From: Octopus sinensis
Lineage: Eukaryota
Direction: 5' to 3'
Length of the DNA: 64,000 bases
Assembly (NCBI RefSeq): GCF_006345805.1
Contig: NC_043013.1
Coordinates: forward strand, 30,938,001-31,002,000
In this document: positions 40,207-54,700 of the stretch, piece after piece
How positions within the stretch are numbered: the first letter of the stretch is position 1
Layout: each line of letters begins with the position of its first letter
Program-made: the position numbers and the translations under genes
Notes under the pieces: generated by a model
What the model was told of the DNA's origin: nothing
What the model saw: the letters and a program-made list of their open reading frames with translations, nothing else
Databases searched by the model: none

Positions 40207-42335
40207 ACATTCGAAGTAATAGAAATAGCAGTCAAATCTCTCTTAACTCAAATTTACTGATGCTAGTGAAGCCGATTCTAAGATCTTAGTATCTTGAAAA
40301 AGAATGGTTACTTACAATTTAGACACGCTTAGTGATACTTCTACCAGAAGAAGTGTGCCGCAGGTCTACTATCAGTAACAACTTATGAAGTTTTTGTTTT
40401 TTAATTCTATTTATTTTCTGAAATGCAATGATATCCCCATTATGATTTATCATAAGTTATTGCCAGGTCGCTTCAAGCTATCAGTTTTCTCTCTTCCATG
40501 TCAAAGCCTGTGTAATTCCACTTTGATAATTTTTCTCTTTCATTTCAATAAAAAATTGTGTATAAAGTTCTATATTACTTAATGTTCCCGTTAGAAAATT
40601 GTTTTGGAGTGTGACCTTGATTCAGTTCAGTCATTATTTATTGTGCTATATGACTATTTCCGACATTTTTTACAATCCTAGTATTCCCTTGTTCACAGTG
40701 GTCTGTTAAGGTCGAGTACATCATATTTGGTGAAACAACAATTCCGGGTACTTTAATGTTATTCACAAATCTACCAGGCTGTAAATGCAATCTCATAGCT
40801 TTAGACTTGTTGAAATAGTTCTGTTTCACTGCGTACATGCATGGGGTGTTGTGTGCTGTATCAACCGTCTTTTGACTGTCTATATGAAGTTGTTTGAGTT
40901 ACCTGCTTCTTTACGCGTTGTTACTCGAGCATTTCACAGATACTCATACTCTTAACAAGTTAATGAGTTGTGTGACATATCTGGGCTGTACCTATTAATT
41001 TACGATTACAGTCGACTCGACCGACTACTATGCAGTTTCCTAAGACTCACTTTTGTAAAGACAAAAGTCTATAAAAGTTCCATTTCCCCACATTGTCACG
41101 CGCTTGTATTGAAATCGGGAACATAGGACACGAAGCGAACTTCATAATCTTTCGGCAATAACTCATTTGCACACACACACACACAAAAAAAAACACACGC
41201 ACACACATAAATACACATATATTCATTGATAAATATATGTGTGTGCGTGTGACTGCGTATGTATGTAAGTGTGTGTAACGTATGCAAACTCAATAGTAAA
41301 TGTATGCAAATTAATTGCCGTATCATCATGAAACAGAGCATAAAGGATCGATATTCGCAGCAATTTTCAAAACGAAGTGCGTTCTCACTTGACCAGAGTT
41401 GATTAATATTAATTCTTTAGGATCTGCTTGCCCCATTTTCCCTGAAAATGTCATTTTAATTAAAAATAGTCGTATGCTTATTTAATTATGCGCGTTAGCA
41501 CTGAACAATTTTGTTGCATGTGGATGTTTTACGGAAGCAATTTTCCTCTGTGATTATGAATTCAAAATGCTTCTTTCAGTTATTTATATCTCTATAGAAA
41601 TGAAAACATCTGATGCTAACCTTACAACAAATTCATCAATAAATCTAGATTTTAATTAATCATGAGAAGATCCGCGGCTATTTAATCCCACAGCTGAAAT
41701 TTTAATTTGATCACAGCTGCTCCCCTTCCTTTGGAATATTTAGAGCACTTGCTGATTCCATGACAAGCTATTACGTGTCAGCATTGACGGTTTAGACAAG
41801 CTATGTGTTAGAACAATTCAGTCGCTAAATGAATTACATATTCACAAAGCATTTCCCCCAAAAAGTAGACGCACACGCGCACATAAAACTTGACGAACAT
41901 ACACACACCGTCTGTAGCTGAGTATTTGTAAATGACAAATGCTGTAGTAGACAGAGTCATTACAGTGTTGACGGAAATACCTTTCTGTGTGTGTGGGGGG
42001 TGTGCGTGTTCTGGCGTTCTAACTTGTAATTTCAAATTTATCATGGACTTTGGTTTCCATCCTTCTCATATCTATAAAATAAGGCACTAATGAAAGATAG
42101 AACTCCGTTTAAGACAAGTCAAGCTCTGCCAAAATAGAGTCGTCATTGTACAACGGAAACCGAATCTACGCTCAGTTGTGAAGATGTAATATAATATGAA
42201 GCAACACGCGGATTGGGTTATATTAACTTATAAATTACCTGTCTGTATCAACCAATATGACTGCTAACACACAGAGGAAGAGTTGCACACAATGCACATA
42301 CACACAAACACGATTTCCTTCTCTCTGTCTCTGTA

Positions 42336-42369
<34 letters not shown>

Positions 42370-42500
42370 ACACACATACAGACAAATAGACACACTATTT
42401 CATACACACATATACACAAACATGCAGGAACTGACGTTAAAACATGCAAATATATTTAAAAAGTTCAGCATCATAACGTACAACTTAAAAGAATAAAAGT

Positions 42501-42539
<39 letters not shown>

Positions 42540-42540
<1 letters not shown>

Positions 42541-42711
42541 TTCTCACGTTATTTTCTCTCCTTGTTTCTTTCTGTGTTCATTTCTGTGGAAGCGCGTAGG
42601 TTCGAAACGTTAAAAACTTTTTCACTTGCCGAGCGTTATACTAATACATCTGTTTGTTGTCTATACCACATGTCTTCGTCTTTTGTTGTTTTTTTTTGTG
42701 AATTCTCCCCC

Positions 42712-42712
<1 letters not shown>
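42540..42712 (+). mobile_element. Family H1 short element with degenerate hammerhead motif (42581-42614)
   Basis: TTT-CTGTGGA-A-GCGC-GTAG-GTTC-GAAAC-GTT-AAA; (TA)n on both sides. Confidence 0.65.
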
Positions 42713-42742
<30 letters not shown>

Positions 42743-43042
42743 TATATATATATCCAGAAAGATAGATAGAGAGAGACCTGGACAGATTGTTTGATAGATA
42801 GATGCATATATATGTATATCATTGTAATTACAGAGATTACAGAGATGTAACGTACTGTCATATTTTGAAGTCAATATGATGGATAAAATAGAAATATATG
42901 TTTCTTATACAGTTCACAGAGAATCCCAACCAAAACATCTAAACAGATCTTCTGTTCTGTACATCGTATGGCTTCGACTATTTCGCAGTTTCACTCTTAG
43001 GTGTAGGTGCAAGTTAATGAGTTTTTAATGGTTATAGTTATA

Positions 43043-44649
43043 CAGTGGCTGCCAAAATGTTCAGAACGGCATTGTTTTCGTCAGAAAAGTAGATATAAGT
43101 TTTTATCAAAGTTGTTCTATATTCTATAACTTTCACAGACAATAAATACGATAGTAATTATTATTGCCTGAGATTTTGGTGTAATTTGAGAGGATAATAC
43201 AAAAATTATGGATGATTTAGGGATTTACTGCAAAACCCATGGCGGCCAAAATGATCATAACGGTTGCTTTTACTCCGTGTTTTAGTATATTTAACCGGCG
43301 AATTCTAATGTTTTGAATTTGTTTACGTGACGGTTCGTTTACTAAACATTAGTAAGAATATTTGCAGTGTACTTTGTTAATATAATGCCACTTACTCCGT
43401 TACCAATTCGTCAGCAGATTATTAAGCTTCGAAGGAAGAATAATTTAAGTATTGGATCTATTGCAAAGATTGTTAACAAGTCAAAAGGTGTTGTACTTGG
43501 TATTCTTAAGGTCTACGATGATTGTGGTTCGTGTGAAGCAAGAAAGTTTACAGGTAGGCCAAGAAAAACGACCAAGAGAGAAGATCGTGCTATGGTAAAG
43601 TTGGTTAAAAAGGACAGATTTAAAACTGCTGCTGCTGTTTATCGGAAAATGAGCATTGTATTGAAGAAAACTTTATCTCGAAAAACTGTGTCTCGTCGTT
43701 TAGTTGAACATGACCTACAAGCAAGAGCACCTGCAGTGAAGCCACTGATCAGCTCCAAGAATAAAAGTGTCGTCTTACCTTTGCAACCAAACATGTGTTG
43801 TGGTCTCAAGAAAAATGACAAACGGTGCATTTCAGTGATGAATCTAAGTTTATGTTATTTGGCTCAGATGGGAAAAGGTACGTTCGTAGAAAAGTAGGTG
43901 AAAAATTGTCGCCTAAATGCCTTAAGACTAGTGTTAAATTCGGTGGAGGAAGTGTCATTGTTTGGGGAATGATATCTGGAAATGGTGTGGGCCCTTTGGT
44001 GCGATTACATAGAAAGGTAAATACAGGAGTTTATAAACAACTTGTAAAAGATCATATCTTGCCGGTGCTGAGAATTTCAACTAAGCGACCACCCATATTC
44101 ATGCAGGACAATGCCCATGTCACAAGGCTAAGGTGGTCATGAACTTCCTTAAGGCTGAAAAGGTTATTGTTATGGATTGGCCTGCTCAAAGCCCAGATCT
44201 CAATCTTATTGAAAATGTATGGCATATGCTAGGAGAACGTTCGAAAGCCAGAAATCCTAACACAACTGAGCAATTATGGAATGCCCTTCAGGAAGAATGG
44301 ATAAGATCACCCAGTAAGAAATTGAAAATTTAGTTTCCTCATGCAGTCAAAGATGTCAGTGTGATTGAAGCTAAAGGGCTTCACACTAAATATTAAATAA
44401 TTCCAGTCATTTTTGATTATTTTGTTATTTTTTTCAACCGTTCTGATCATTTTGGCCGCTATGGGTTTTGCAGTAAATCATCCATAACTTTTGTATTATC
44501 CTCTCAAATTACACCAAAATCTCAGACAATAACAACTAATATTGTGTTTATTGTCTGTGAAAATTATAGTATATAAAACTACTTGATAAAAATTTATTCT
44601 TACCTTCCTGACGAAAACAATGTCGTTCTGAACATTTTGGCCGCCACTG
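43043..44649 (+). mobile_element. Full-length Tc1 (DD34E) transposon, IR/DR-type long TIRs, TA target duplication
   Basis: TA|CAGTGGCTGCCAAAATGTTCAGAACG...CGTTCTGAACATTTTGGCCGCCACTG|TA; TIRs ~43043-43266 and ~44435-44649. Confidence 0.95.
43385..44396 (+). pseudogene. Frameshifted Tc1 transposase
   Basis: GRPRKTT, HFSDESKF, KFGGGSVIVWG, FMQDNA, DWPAQSPDLNLIENVW split across frames. Confidence 0.92.
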
Positions 44650-44689
44650 TACAGCACAGATGTGAATGATTTACTATTTTACTATTTTA

Positions 44690-44880
44690 TTCTTTTATTC
44701 ACAGCGACCAAGCTGGGGCACCGCCTTTAGTCAAATAAATTGACCTCATGACTTATTCTTTGTAAGCCTAGTACTTATTTTATAGGTGTCGTTTGCCGAC
44801 CCGCTAGGTTACGAGGACGTTAACACCCCAACATCGGTTGTCAAGCGATAGTATGGGGACAAACACAGACACACATATAC
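44690..44880 (-). mobile_element. SINE family A, 3' half
   Basis: gctggggcaccgcctttagtc..gtaagcctagtacttatt. Confidence 0.75.
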
Positions 44881-44971
44881 ATATATCAGGTTGAGTAAAA
44901 TGTAGGCAACGTTTTGAATCATGAAGAATTTGTAACGGATTTTGAATTGTTTTTAAACATTTTTTTGCAAT

Positions 44972-45009
44972 AGGCGTAGGAGTGGCTGTGTGGTAAGTAG
45001 CTTGCTTAC
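44972..45009 (+). mobile_element. SINE family A head interrupted by an insertion; SINE tail resumes at ~46790-46945
   Basis: aggcgtaggagtggctgtgtggtaagtagcttgcttac. Confidence 0.8.
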
Positions 45010-46732
45010 CCAGAATGCAACACTAGTTGGTCCGGACTGTTACAGTGAGCAGATGTGAGTTTCAGCTCCGCGAATAGAAAAAAAGAACAACAAGAAAAAT
45101 TGTTAATTGTGGCTCGCTATAGTGAGCGAAATACTGGGTTCTCATCACGGTAACGGTGAATTGAGAAAATTGAGGATTTTTACTTGAGAATTCTTTTTGT
45201 GAATTCTAGTGGGCGTATCTCGCCAGAAAAATAAGAATAAGCCATTGGATTACCCTTTTGGATTACCTTTTTGGAGTATTATACAAAGGATTCCCTGTCT
45301 GTGCTATTTGTGAGGTTTTTCTTCTACTATTCCCTTCTTCTATTTTTCTTTCTTTCTAAATTTTGGTCCATTCTTTTCATTACTTTAATTTCAGTTTCCT
45401 CCCCTCCTCTTTTATTTTGTTTTATTTTTATTCGATTAAATTTTTTGGCAGACTGTCTTTTGAACTACTTTTGAACTGTTTTTTGACATGGCAGAAAAGG
45501 AACTCAAAAAGAAAAACTCTGTCTTAGAGTGGGAAATTAACCCGCCTAAGCCGTGGTTAAAAGATATGGAGGAGAAGACGATGGTACTTAGAACGTATTC
45601 TACAGTTCTTAATTCCATCACCGTCTTCCCAAAACGAGTCATAAAAAATGAACTTAAAGAACATTTGTCCTCTGTAAAATATATATCCCGTGGTGTCAAA
45701 CATGCAACCGTATGTCGATTGCCGGCCGTCGATTGGGAAGGGTCAAAAGCGATTTTGACCCTATGGACCCCATCGGCGGCAACACAACTGGTTTTTCCAG
45801 ATTTCTTGAAAATGGCTGGCTGCAGGTATCCGGTGATACTTGAGGGACGTCCCCCAAAGTGTCACTCGTGCCTCCTCAACTCAAAAAGGATTAAAAAGGA
45901 AGAAGGCGGGCAACAATAGGTGCCCGCCGAAGGAACCTAAGGCTTCGGGAGGCGGGGGATAGTCTCCGGACAAAGCGTAAGAGCTCCACTCTCCCGAAGC
46001 CGGGAAGAAAAGAAAAAAAAGAAGGAAGAAGAACGGGTCATCTCAGCGGGGAGATGATGTGCCGACTGCATGTCCCGAAGTTGTGCAACCCACGGTGGAA
46101 GAAACCACCCCCACCCTTAAAGATGATCAATTCATCATCTTTTTCTACAAGGGCGGGGAGGTGGGAAAATAGTGGAAGAACATAAAGAAACAGTAGATAT
46201 GCCCTTCACACGGGATCCCGAATGGCCTCCGCAGATAGCTGTGGAGGTCATAAGGTTTCCCTTGTGGGAAAGGCTTAAATGATTTGTGGAGGAATGTCGC
46301 ATATGGCCGGCTGGCCCTTACACGACTTACATGTCCTACATGAGTGAGACATGGGAAATGGCGGGATACAGGAACTCAAGCGGCATTGAAGATAATGATG
46401 AATATATCGATGGATATATCGAAGAGTAGGAGGTGAAAGAGCCTCGTTACAGGATTTGAAACCTCACCTTATTGGATTATTTTGTAGTGGTTTATAACCT
46501 CAAAAGAAAGAAAATAAATAAATACGTTAAGTAAAATATTTTAGTGCCTCCTTCTTGTAAGAGGTTTGAAACATTATATTGATTTTTTTTAAAAATGTTT
46601 TCGAGAAAAATCCAATTGGCGGTTGTTGGGTTTCGTCTCTCATTTATTCATTATATTTCATCTTCATTCATTCATGTGTTTGTCCAGCCCGCAAAGCTCT
46701 TTGTACTGTCTATATGACAAATTTATGAAATA
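45010..46732 (+). mobile_element. ORF1-only (HAL1-like) Tx1/L1-type non-autonomous retroelement with 15-bp TSD
   Basis: TSD AAGTAGCTTGCTTAC (44995-45009) / AAGTAGCTCGCTTAC (46733-46747). ORF 45488-45919 ends VILEGRPPKCHSC; disrupted basic/acidic continuation to ~46430; A-rich end; no RT or EN. Confidence 0.72.
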
Positions 46733-49700
46733 AAGTAGCTCGCTTACAGACGGACGTCTTTTTTCGGCTGCTTGATGTCGTGAAATATTGTAGCTTAGTA
46801 GTTCGCCAAAAGAGGCCGATAGAATAAGTACTATGTTTACAAAAAGTAAGTCCTACAGTGGATTTCTTTGACTACCAATATTCAAGGAGGTCCGTCATGG
46901 CCGCAGTCAAGTGAGTGAAACAAGTAAAAGAATGAAAGAATAAACGAGGATATGTGTGTCTAGATATAGATGGATGGATGGATGGATGGATGCGCGCATG
47001 CACGTGTGTATGTATGTGTACTACTTGGACAAATCGTCATTGTTCTATCCTGCTGATACTATACACTTATCGTCTCGCACCCTCATCCATTCGTGATATT
47101 CTGCTGAAGATATCAGTTACTGTTTTTCTGTCAGTGCCAATTACATGCTTTCTCAGCAGCCTGCATGTTGTTCTTGTTCTCGGTGAAGTTCAACTTGTAC
47201 CATGACCTCTAACACGGTTTATCTTCATCAAATATATCTTGCAACAATTTAAGAATTATTTCACGAATATTTGAAATCTCATTAACCGATATCTTCAGTG
47301 TTAAATATATTTCTTTGTGCATGTTTATTTGTTTGTTTGTTGTATTTTAATCTATTTTTTCATAAAGAGAAATCTTACGTTAGTATCTAATAAATATTTA
47401 ATTGTTGATGATTGAATTAGCTATTTTTAAAGTGGTTTATTGTATTTTCTCAAACTGCATGTAATTACATTTCTTTTATCTTCATCTAAACAAGCTTGTT
47501 TGGCTGTCTCATTGACAAATGTATATTGCTAAAACATGTGCATATATTTGTCGACATCAAAAAAACTTGTTTTTCATTAAATAATTAACGCCAGATAAAA
47601 TATTAAAATTTCGTTTATGCAGTAATATTTTACCTCAAGAATGATTATATAACGAAAGATATTTTCATATTTAAATACATTCGTTCGGTAATATTATAGA
47701 TCGAATGCCTGGAACCCTTTTGAAACCCGTTATTGGTTTGAAATCGTCATATCGTATTCCATAACGAGACTGCTTGTAGCTACTAATATTTGCGATAAAA
47801 TATTATTATACATATTTCTTTCCTATGGCTCTAATTGCGGGTCTCTTAAGTACCGTTATCAGTTTCAACCTGGTTAAAACCACTTTTCATCAACATGCAA
47901 GGCACGTGGCTCACAAACCAAATTTAAAATACAGGAAAAAAAAAAATAACGTCAACACTACTACGAACTTATTCAGCAATGGAGGTTGTAAGACACTAAA
48001 CTAGCAATATCCAACTTTTAAATATTTTTTTCCAATTTGCGTTTGAAAATCAGCATGTTAGTTTAATGAAACAAAAATTCCTAAAAGAAAAACTCCAAGT
48101 GCATTTCCAGAATTTATCGATGTGGGTTTGTGTTTATATATATGTGTTTATGCTTGCTTGCAGGTTATGTATCTAAGTTTATATATTATCATACATATAT
48201 TTATGCATGTGTATGCGTATATATGTACGTTTTATCACTGTTAATGGATACCAAAATCACAGGTAACTTCTGTGTAGATAATTATGTTTAAGAATGACTG
48301 TCTTAATAGCATTACCATATTTTTTCCAATTAGAAGTTTCCTTAAAAATTTGATATTTGAAATCTGTAGACGCAGTTTTATAACTTAAATCTCTTTTAGG
48401 TGGTCCTAAACTTTCGAACCCGATAAAAAGTATATACCGTTAAAATTTAGAAATGTAAAATGAACAAATATATTTGAACGCGATTTCGCTACCCATGGAA
48501 TTGTCGCCAATATTAAATTCTATTTGCAATCTGCATCTTCCTAGGGATGCTCCATTTGTGCTTAATGATGTTCCTTTCTGCAAAATATGATGTTCCACCC
48601 GCTCCGGAAATCAATACTGCGCCCTTGTGATCATGAACTCAGATCCCCAACCACAAGCTTTGAAACGCACAGCTCTCTGCATTTATATATGTTTGTTCTG
48701 CATTTACGCATGTGCGTATACGCTCATGTAATTATCTGTGCGTGCTTCTATAATTTAATGGAAGCCGAAATTTTCCCAGGTCACTGCACAGGGTTTGTAG
48801 TTATTGATCCATGGAAGATATTGAATAATAGAACTTTCGGAAAGTATTTAAACTCAAATTCAAAAAGTATTTGAAATCAACGAGATTAATGATTGGATGA
48901 AATTCCTTAGCTAAACTTAAAAGATCGTGATGAGTGGTTCATATGATCGCTACAAGGCATGTAAATTTAAACACGCATAAATACATTTATTATAAACATG
49001 ATCAAATCCATGTAATTTATATATGATAACTTTACAAATGCATAACATAGAAAGCGAAGGGAAGAAAACTAAATGAAGGAACACGATTATGGTAAGAGGA
49101 AGGTGATAAAGTAGAGATGGGAAGAAACGGACAAAATAACAAAAAAGTGAATTTATAACATACTTGATATGTACACATTTTATTTTATGTCCGTTTTCTT
49201 TCCTCTTTCAGCTGTTTCTCATCTTCTTGATTTTCATATGTAAGTTATCTCTCAACCACACTTCATTTTCCGGTATTTCCTCTCTTTTGCTATCGGTTTC
49301 TCCAATATATTTCTCCGTATACCACTTTTTCATTTCGTTTCGACCCTTGTAGCTTCTTTCTTTTTTTTGCTTTTACTTTCATTTATTAAAATTGTTACAT
49401 TTACAACTTTCTTCTAACACCGATATTTTTTATCCATCAAAATTGAAGTTTTGTGAGAAAATTTCGACCAATTTCTATTAACTTCGACTTTAAGTAATCT
49501 CGCTTGTTTGAATTTAAATACGTTGAAAAATACTATTTTATAGTTTTGGAAAACAAGTCAGAAACGATAAACTCAGGTTACGTATCTGCGTTTGAGCTTC
49601 CAATAAAATATTTTCCATTTACATGGAATTTAGGACTAAATAATATTTTCTTCTCTTCATTAAATATTTCGCGTTTGCATGTTTCTTTTTGGTAAATATT

Positions 49701-49792
49701 TGCAAACGCAAATTATTTAATAAACAGAAGTAAATATTCTTTAGTCTTAAATTTTGAAGTTATTGACATACATATATGTATGTATGCATACT

Positions 49793-50217
49793 CTTTTACT
49801 TGTTTCAGTCATTTAACTGCGACCAAACTCGAGCACCACCTTTAGTCGAGCAAATCGATTCCAGAGCTTATTTTTTGTAAGCCTAGTACTTATTCTATCG
49901 GTCTCTTTTGCCGAGCTGCTAAGTTACAGGGACGGAAACACACCAGCATCGGTTGTCAAGCGATGTTGATGAGACAAACACAGACACACAAACATACACA
50001 CGCACACACACACACACAAATATATATATATATATATATTTATATACGACGAGCTTCTTCCAGTTTCCGTCTACCAAATCCACAGATCCACTCACAAGGC
50101 TTAGGTCGGGCCGAGTCTATAGTAGAAGACACTCCTCCAAGGTGCCACAAAGTGGGACTGAACCCGGGACCATGTGGTTGGTAATCAAGCTACTTACCAC
50201 ACAGCCACTTCTGCACC
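49793..50217 (-). mobile_element. Full-length SINE family A
   Basis: Reverse complement of the 32838-33250 architecture. Confidence 0.88.
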
Positions 50218-50857
50218 TATGTATGTATATATGTATGTATATATGTATGTATGTATATATGTATGTATCTATGTATATATGTATGCATGTACGAGAGTTA
50301 GTATGCGTGTTTCCATGTAAATGCCTACAAATATTACTTATGTACTTATATCTTGGAATACATTGGAATTGCTAACAAGTTGAATTCCAAACACCATGTT
50401 ATTTTACGTAGAAGTTACACCTCACTTCCTGCCTCTTTTAAATCCAGTCTTTCTAAAGTGAACATTTACGACATAGTAAATACATTTCTGAATGAAGACG
50501 AATCACTTTTATACAAAACCCCACGAGTCTTAATGTGTGTGAATTTCTCTTCATGAATTTTCAGACATTCGCACCAGTCAAATATATATCTGCCTTCATT
50601 GATACGTAGAAAACCTTACCGATGAATCTATCGTACATAAGTTCATTTCGCATTAACCGCAGTAAATTTTCATTGCATTTATAATATGTCCATTTTCAAA
50701 CAATTTACATATCATAATCTGAGATTATCTATTATTACATAGATATATTTTGGTTGAAAAGATTACAAATAAAACTGAGTACTTCATTATTTTGTGAGTC
50801 TATTCACGGAAGTATATTCCTGCCTTAAGTCATTCTGTGATATTTATGCAAATGTAT

Positions 50858-51070
50858 AAGGCGGCGAGCTAGCAGAATAGTTAGCACGTTGGGTGAAATG
50901 CTTAGCGGCATTTCGTCCGTCTTCTTGTTCTGAGTTCAAATGCCACCGATATAGACTTTGCCTTTCATCCTTCCGGAGTCGATAAAATAAGCACTGAGTT
51001 GGACACTGAGGTCGATGTAATCGACTTAACTCCTTCCCCAAAGTTGCTGGCATTGTGCTAAAATCTGAAG
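50858..51070 (+). mobile_element. SINE family B
   Basis: aaggcggcgagctagcagaatagttagcacg..gactttgcctttcatcc. Confidence 0.82.
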
Positions 51071-51218
51071 CACATATTAATGCAGATATGTAATTTGTCA
51101 ACTACATAACACATTTGAGAATGTTATAATTACACTCAGATTGTGAATATATTTTAAGCCACAGCGAATCCTCATTGCTAATTGAAATTTTACGTTATTT
51201 ACGCAGCACTTATGCATG

Positions 51219-51250
<32 letters not shown>

Positions 51251-52092
51251 CATACATTCATACATACATATATACATACATACATGCATACATACATGCA
51301 TAGATGCATATGTATACACGCGGGGGATCCGCGTGAATGTGTGTACATATGCGAACTTGTGTTTGGAAGGAAGATTTATGCCGTAGAATATATATCTCAA
51401 TTTCTGACACGCTACATCTTTAACACCATTTTATTCCTTCCCGTGAATGTCACATATAAATGACTTCCGGTTACATGTAAATCTAGAGTTTGCAATTATA
51501 ATGTTTCTATCTTTCAATTTATTGTCGAATCTTCCACCAGTTTCAGTAATGGAATAGCAGTAATGGGTCTAAAATACTGGAAAATTGAATGCCACGTAAA
51601 TATAATTTACGAATCAGCGTTTAAGAATAGGACCTTCACAAATGTAAGAAATTGATATAGATTCGTAATATTCTGAAATTTATTGAGTTATAAATAACCC
51701 TAAAATTTGATCTATGTATTTTGAATGGAAATCTACACTGCCCTCAAAATGTTAATATAGTAGGTCAACTAAAATATTTCCCACATTAGCTGAATAAAGA
51801 ACCGTTTACATGTGACCAAATCCATGAGATTCACACCAATTGCCGTGCTAAATAAAAGATGCTTTTCTTCCATATTTTGCATGGCCATTATTGTGAGGTT
51901 TGGTAGGTAGTAATGGCGTCTACCTTTAGCAAATATAGTAATTTTCTTTCATTTTTGCCGGACCATGTATTTTCGTTGAAATAACTTTGAAACCAAAATA
52001 ATAACAGGATCCAGAGCATTTCAGCACTAAATCATAGAAATGTGAGATGCTGCTACATTTGCTTAACTCTAGATTATCTGTAAAGAAAATTC

Positions 52093-52518
52093 GGATCTTT
52101 TCGGTGTGAACGGCAGTTTATCTAGCGGTGTCATATGAAATTGTCACCCATAATTATGACCCTAGTATCGATCTATTGCATTTCAATCTGTTTTAGGGTT
52201 AGGGTTAGTTAGGGTTAGGGGTGGGGGAAGGATATCATTTTTTTCTTCAGAAATGTAAATAAACACAATCTGTTTCTTAAACGAGGGACATATTCATACG
52301 GCACAGAATGTTTTCACCTCAATAGACGTCGGTGATTTCTTGAAATTGCAGAAATTGAAGAAAAAACAGCAACAAATATCTTATAAACTATAGAATTTTC
52401 TCAATAATGCCAAGAGAAAAAGAGGTTTTATAAACACCTTCTACCAGTATACGAAGATTCAAAGTGTTTGGTTACGTGGAAATTATTTTAAAAAACTGCC
52501 GTTCAAACCAAAAGGTCT
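52093..52518. mobile_element. MITE-like element with ~25-bp TIRs and internal TTAGGG repeats
   Basis: gatcttttcggtgtgaacggcagttt ... aaactgccgttcaaaccaaaaggtc; TTAGGG units at ~52193-52220. Confidence 0.7.
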
Positions 52519-53745
52519 TACAGACCTGCGAATCTTCACATTTTTGTCGGTAAAATATTCCCAGAATCGCATTGTTCAATGTGATTATGTCTAAGAATGC
52601 TGGACGTTATACGATGGAGATGTACAGTTGTTTCTAGAAGATCTTGTGATCAAGTATGGCATTCAGTTTGGGTTATATTTCCTACTGAGACTTAAAATGG
52701 GGGAAACAAACATATCGCTAAATGACGAAGCCGTTACGACGTCAAACTGCCAAGCAAATTATCTTCGTTCTTGATCCGGAAACAGATAATACTGTTCTCA
52801 AATCATTGAACTCGTAGACAAAACTATAATATGTTATATATAATATATCTCAGGATTTTGTTTGCTAGCATGCAGTGTTTCGGATACATTTAATGCAAAT
52901 AAACATCGCGCATCTTTCTAAATCTAATAAATTATGAGGTTACATGTTACATGACTCTGTGACCAAAAGATTGTTTTGTTTCTTTGTAATGACTCAAATA
53001 ACAAGACGACGACTGCAAATATCGTTGCGCACTGATTCACACAGACACATACACACAGACGCAAACACACACACAAACAAACACAAGCACACACGCACAC
53101 ACATATACCCGCGCACACAGAAGCACACAAACTGACATAAAAATACCCATTGCTTTATTATCGAATAATTTACTAGGACCTGATCTATGAGGTATTAAGC
53201 TGTGTGTACTCATAAATTGTTAATAGTTTCTTTAAGGTCAGATGCTCTGACTGCCGACAAATTTAGGACTGTGAAGATAGTTTAGCATATGTGATACGTC
53301 TGCCATTACACCATACCAAAAAAGCAAGTATCACTCCGTATATGCTAATGAAGATGCAGTTTATGAATATATTACGTGTATACTTCAATCTACGAATATT
53401 ATTTTTATCTACTCGTATATATCATTTATGAACATCAACTGTGTATGTTCAGTCAGCATATATGGATTCTGCTTTACCAACATCCGATTCGCACAACGTG
53501 AATCCGCCGTTGCAAAAGAAGTAAATCTATGCTTGATTATTTGCTCTCCATATAATCCCCTGCCGTAAAGTTTATGCCATGTGAATATTTTGGTGTCCGA
53601 TATAGATAAATAGCAATTCTTGGAATCATGTTCTATGAATTGGTTTATTTCTCACTTACCATTTCATATTCTCTTTGCATCAGAAAAGTTCTAACATTAC
53701 ACGACACCAATTCCCATCAACTCTATAATATATATATATATGTGT

Positions 53746-53789
<44 letters not shown>

Positions 53790-54514
53790 ATAGATACATT
53801 CCTGTATATATACTCATACTGGCATGCATACATACATACATACATATACACACTGACACATATATATATATGTGTGTGTGTATGTACATAAACGATATCG
53901 CTTTTAAATTGAAGCAAATATTTCTGTTGATTTTAGCAATGTGTCCATCTATATTTCTGGCCATCAACTTTATTCAATGTTTTGTTCACTTCCATTTATT
54001 CGCTTTAAGTCCTGTGATATTACTTACCTTTTAACAACTACGTTGCATCTCGTTGATTATCGGTCTTGGCTTACGATACAAATAAAGCAGATAATGTTGT
54101 ATTGATTTTGTCACATTGGCTGCATATTGATGGCAAGCGTACCAGAGTATATATAATTGGAAACGGAAACAATATCGATTTTCATTGGCTATTTACATAT
54201 TTCATTTAATACCAAAAGTAACTCCTGTAGTTATTACACAGTAAGAAAGTCTATAAGAATTACATATCGGTAAACCACGTATATATTTCAACATATTTAA
54301 ATCTACATCTTACATTCATATTTTCAAATTGTTTTACAGATATTTAAAATAAATGCAATTAGTTATTAGTAATTAATATTGGCAGAAGGTATTCCTAAAT
54401 ACAACAATCGCAATTTAGAGACGAAAATTCGTTCAACAAATTCTGGTGGAGAGGAGGTGTCACCATTCTCGAAGTGACAGCTTTGCAAACATTAATTTCA
54501 TATTTTTAGCAACA

Positions 54515-54700
54515 GGGGAAGCGGGTAAGTCAGTTACATCGATCCCAGCGTTTCAATGGTACTTATTTTAATCGAAGATGGAAGAATGTAAGGCTTAGTC
54601 GATCATGGAGGAATTCGAAATCAGAACCTAAAGACGGACGAAATGCAGCTAAGCATTTTGTCCGGGTCTCCAAAGGTTCTGTCAGCTCACAGTCTTAAGC
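54515..54700 (-). mobile_element. Diverged SINE family B
   Basis: gacggacgaaatgcagctaagcattttgtccgg; ggtacttattt. Confidence 0.65.
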
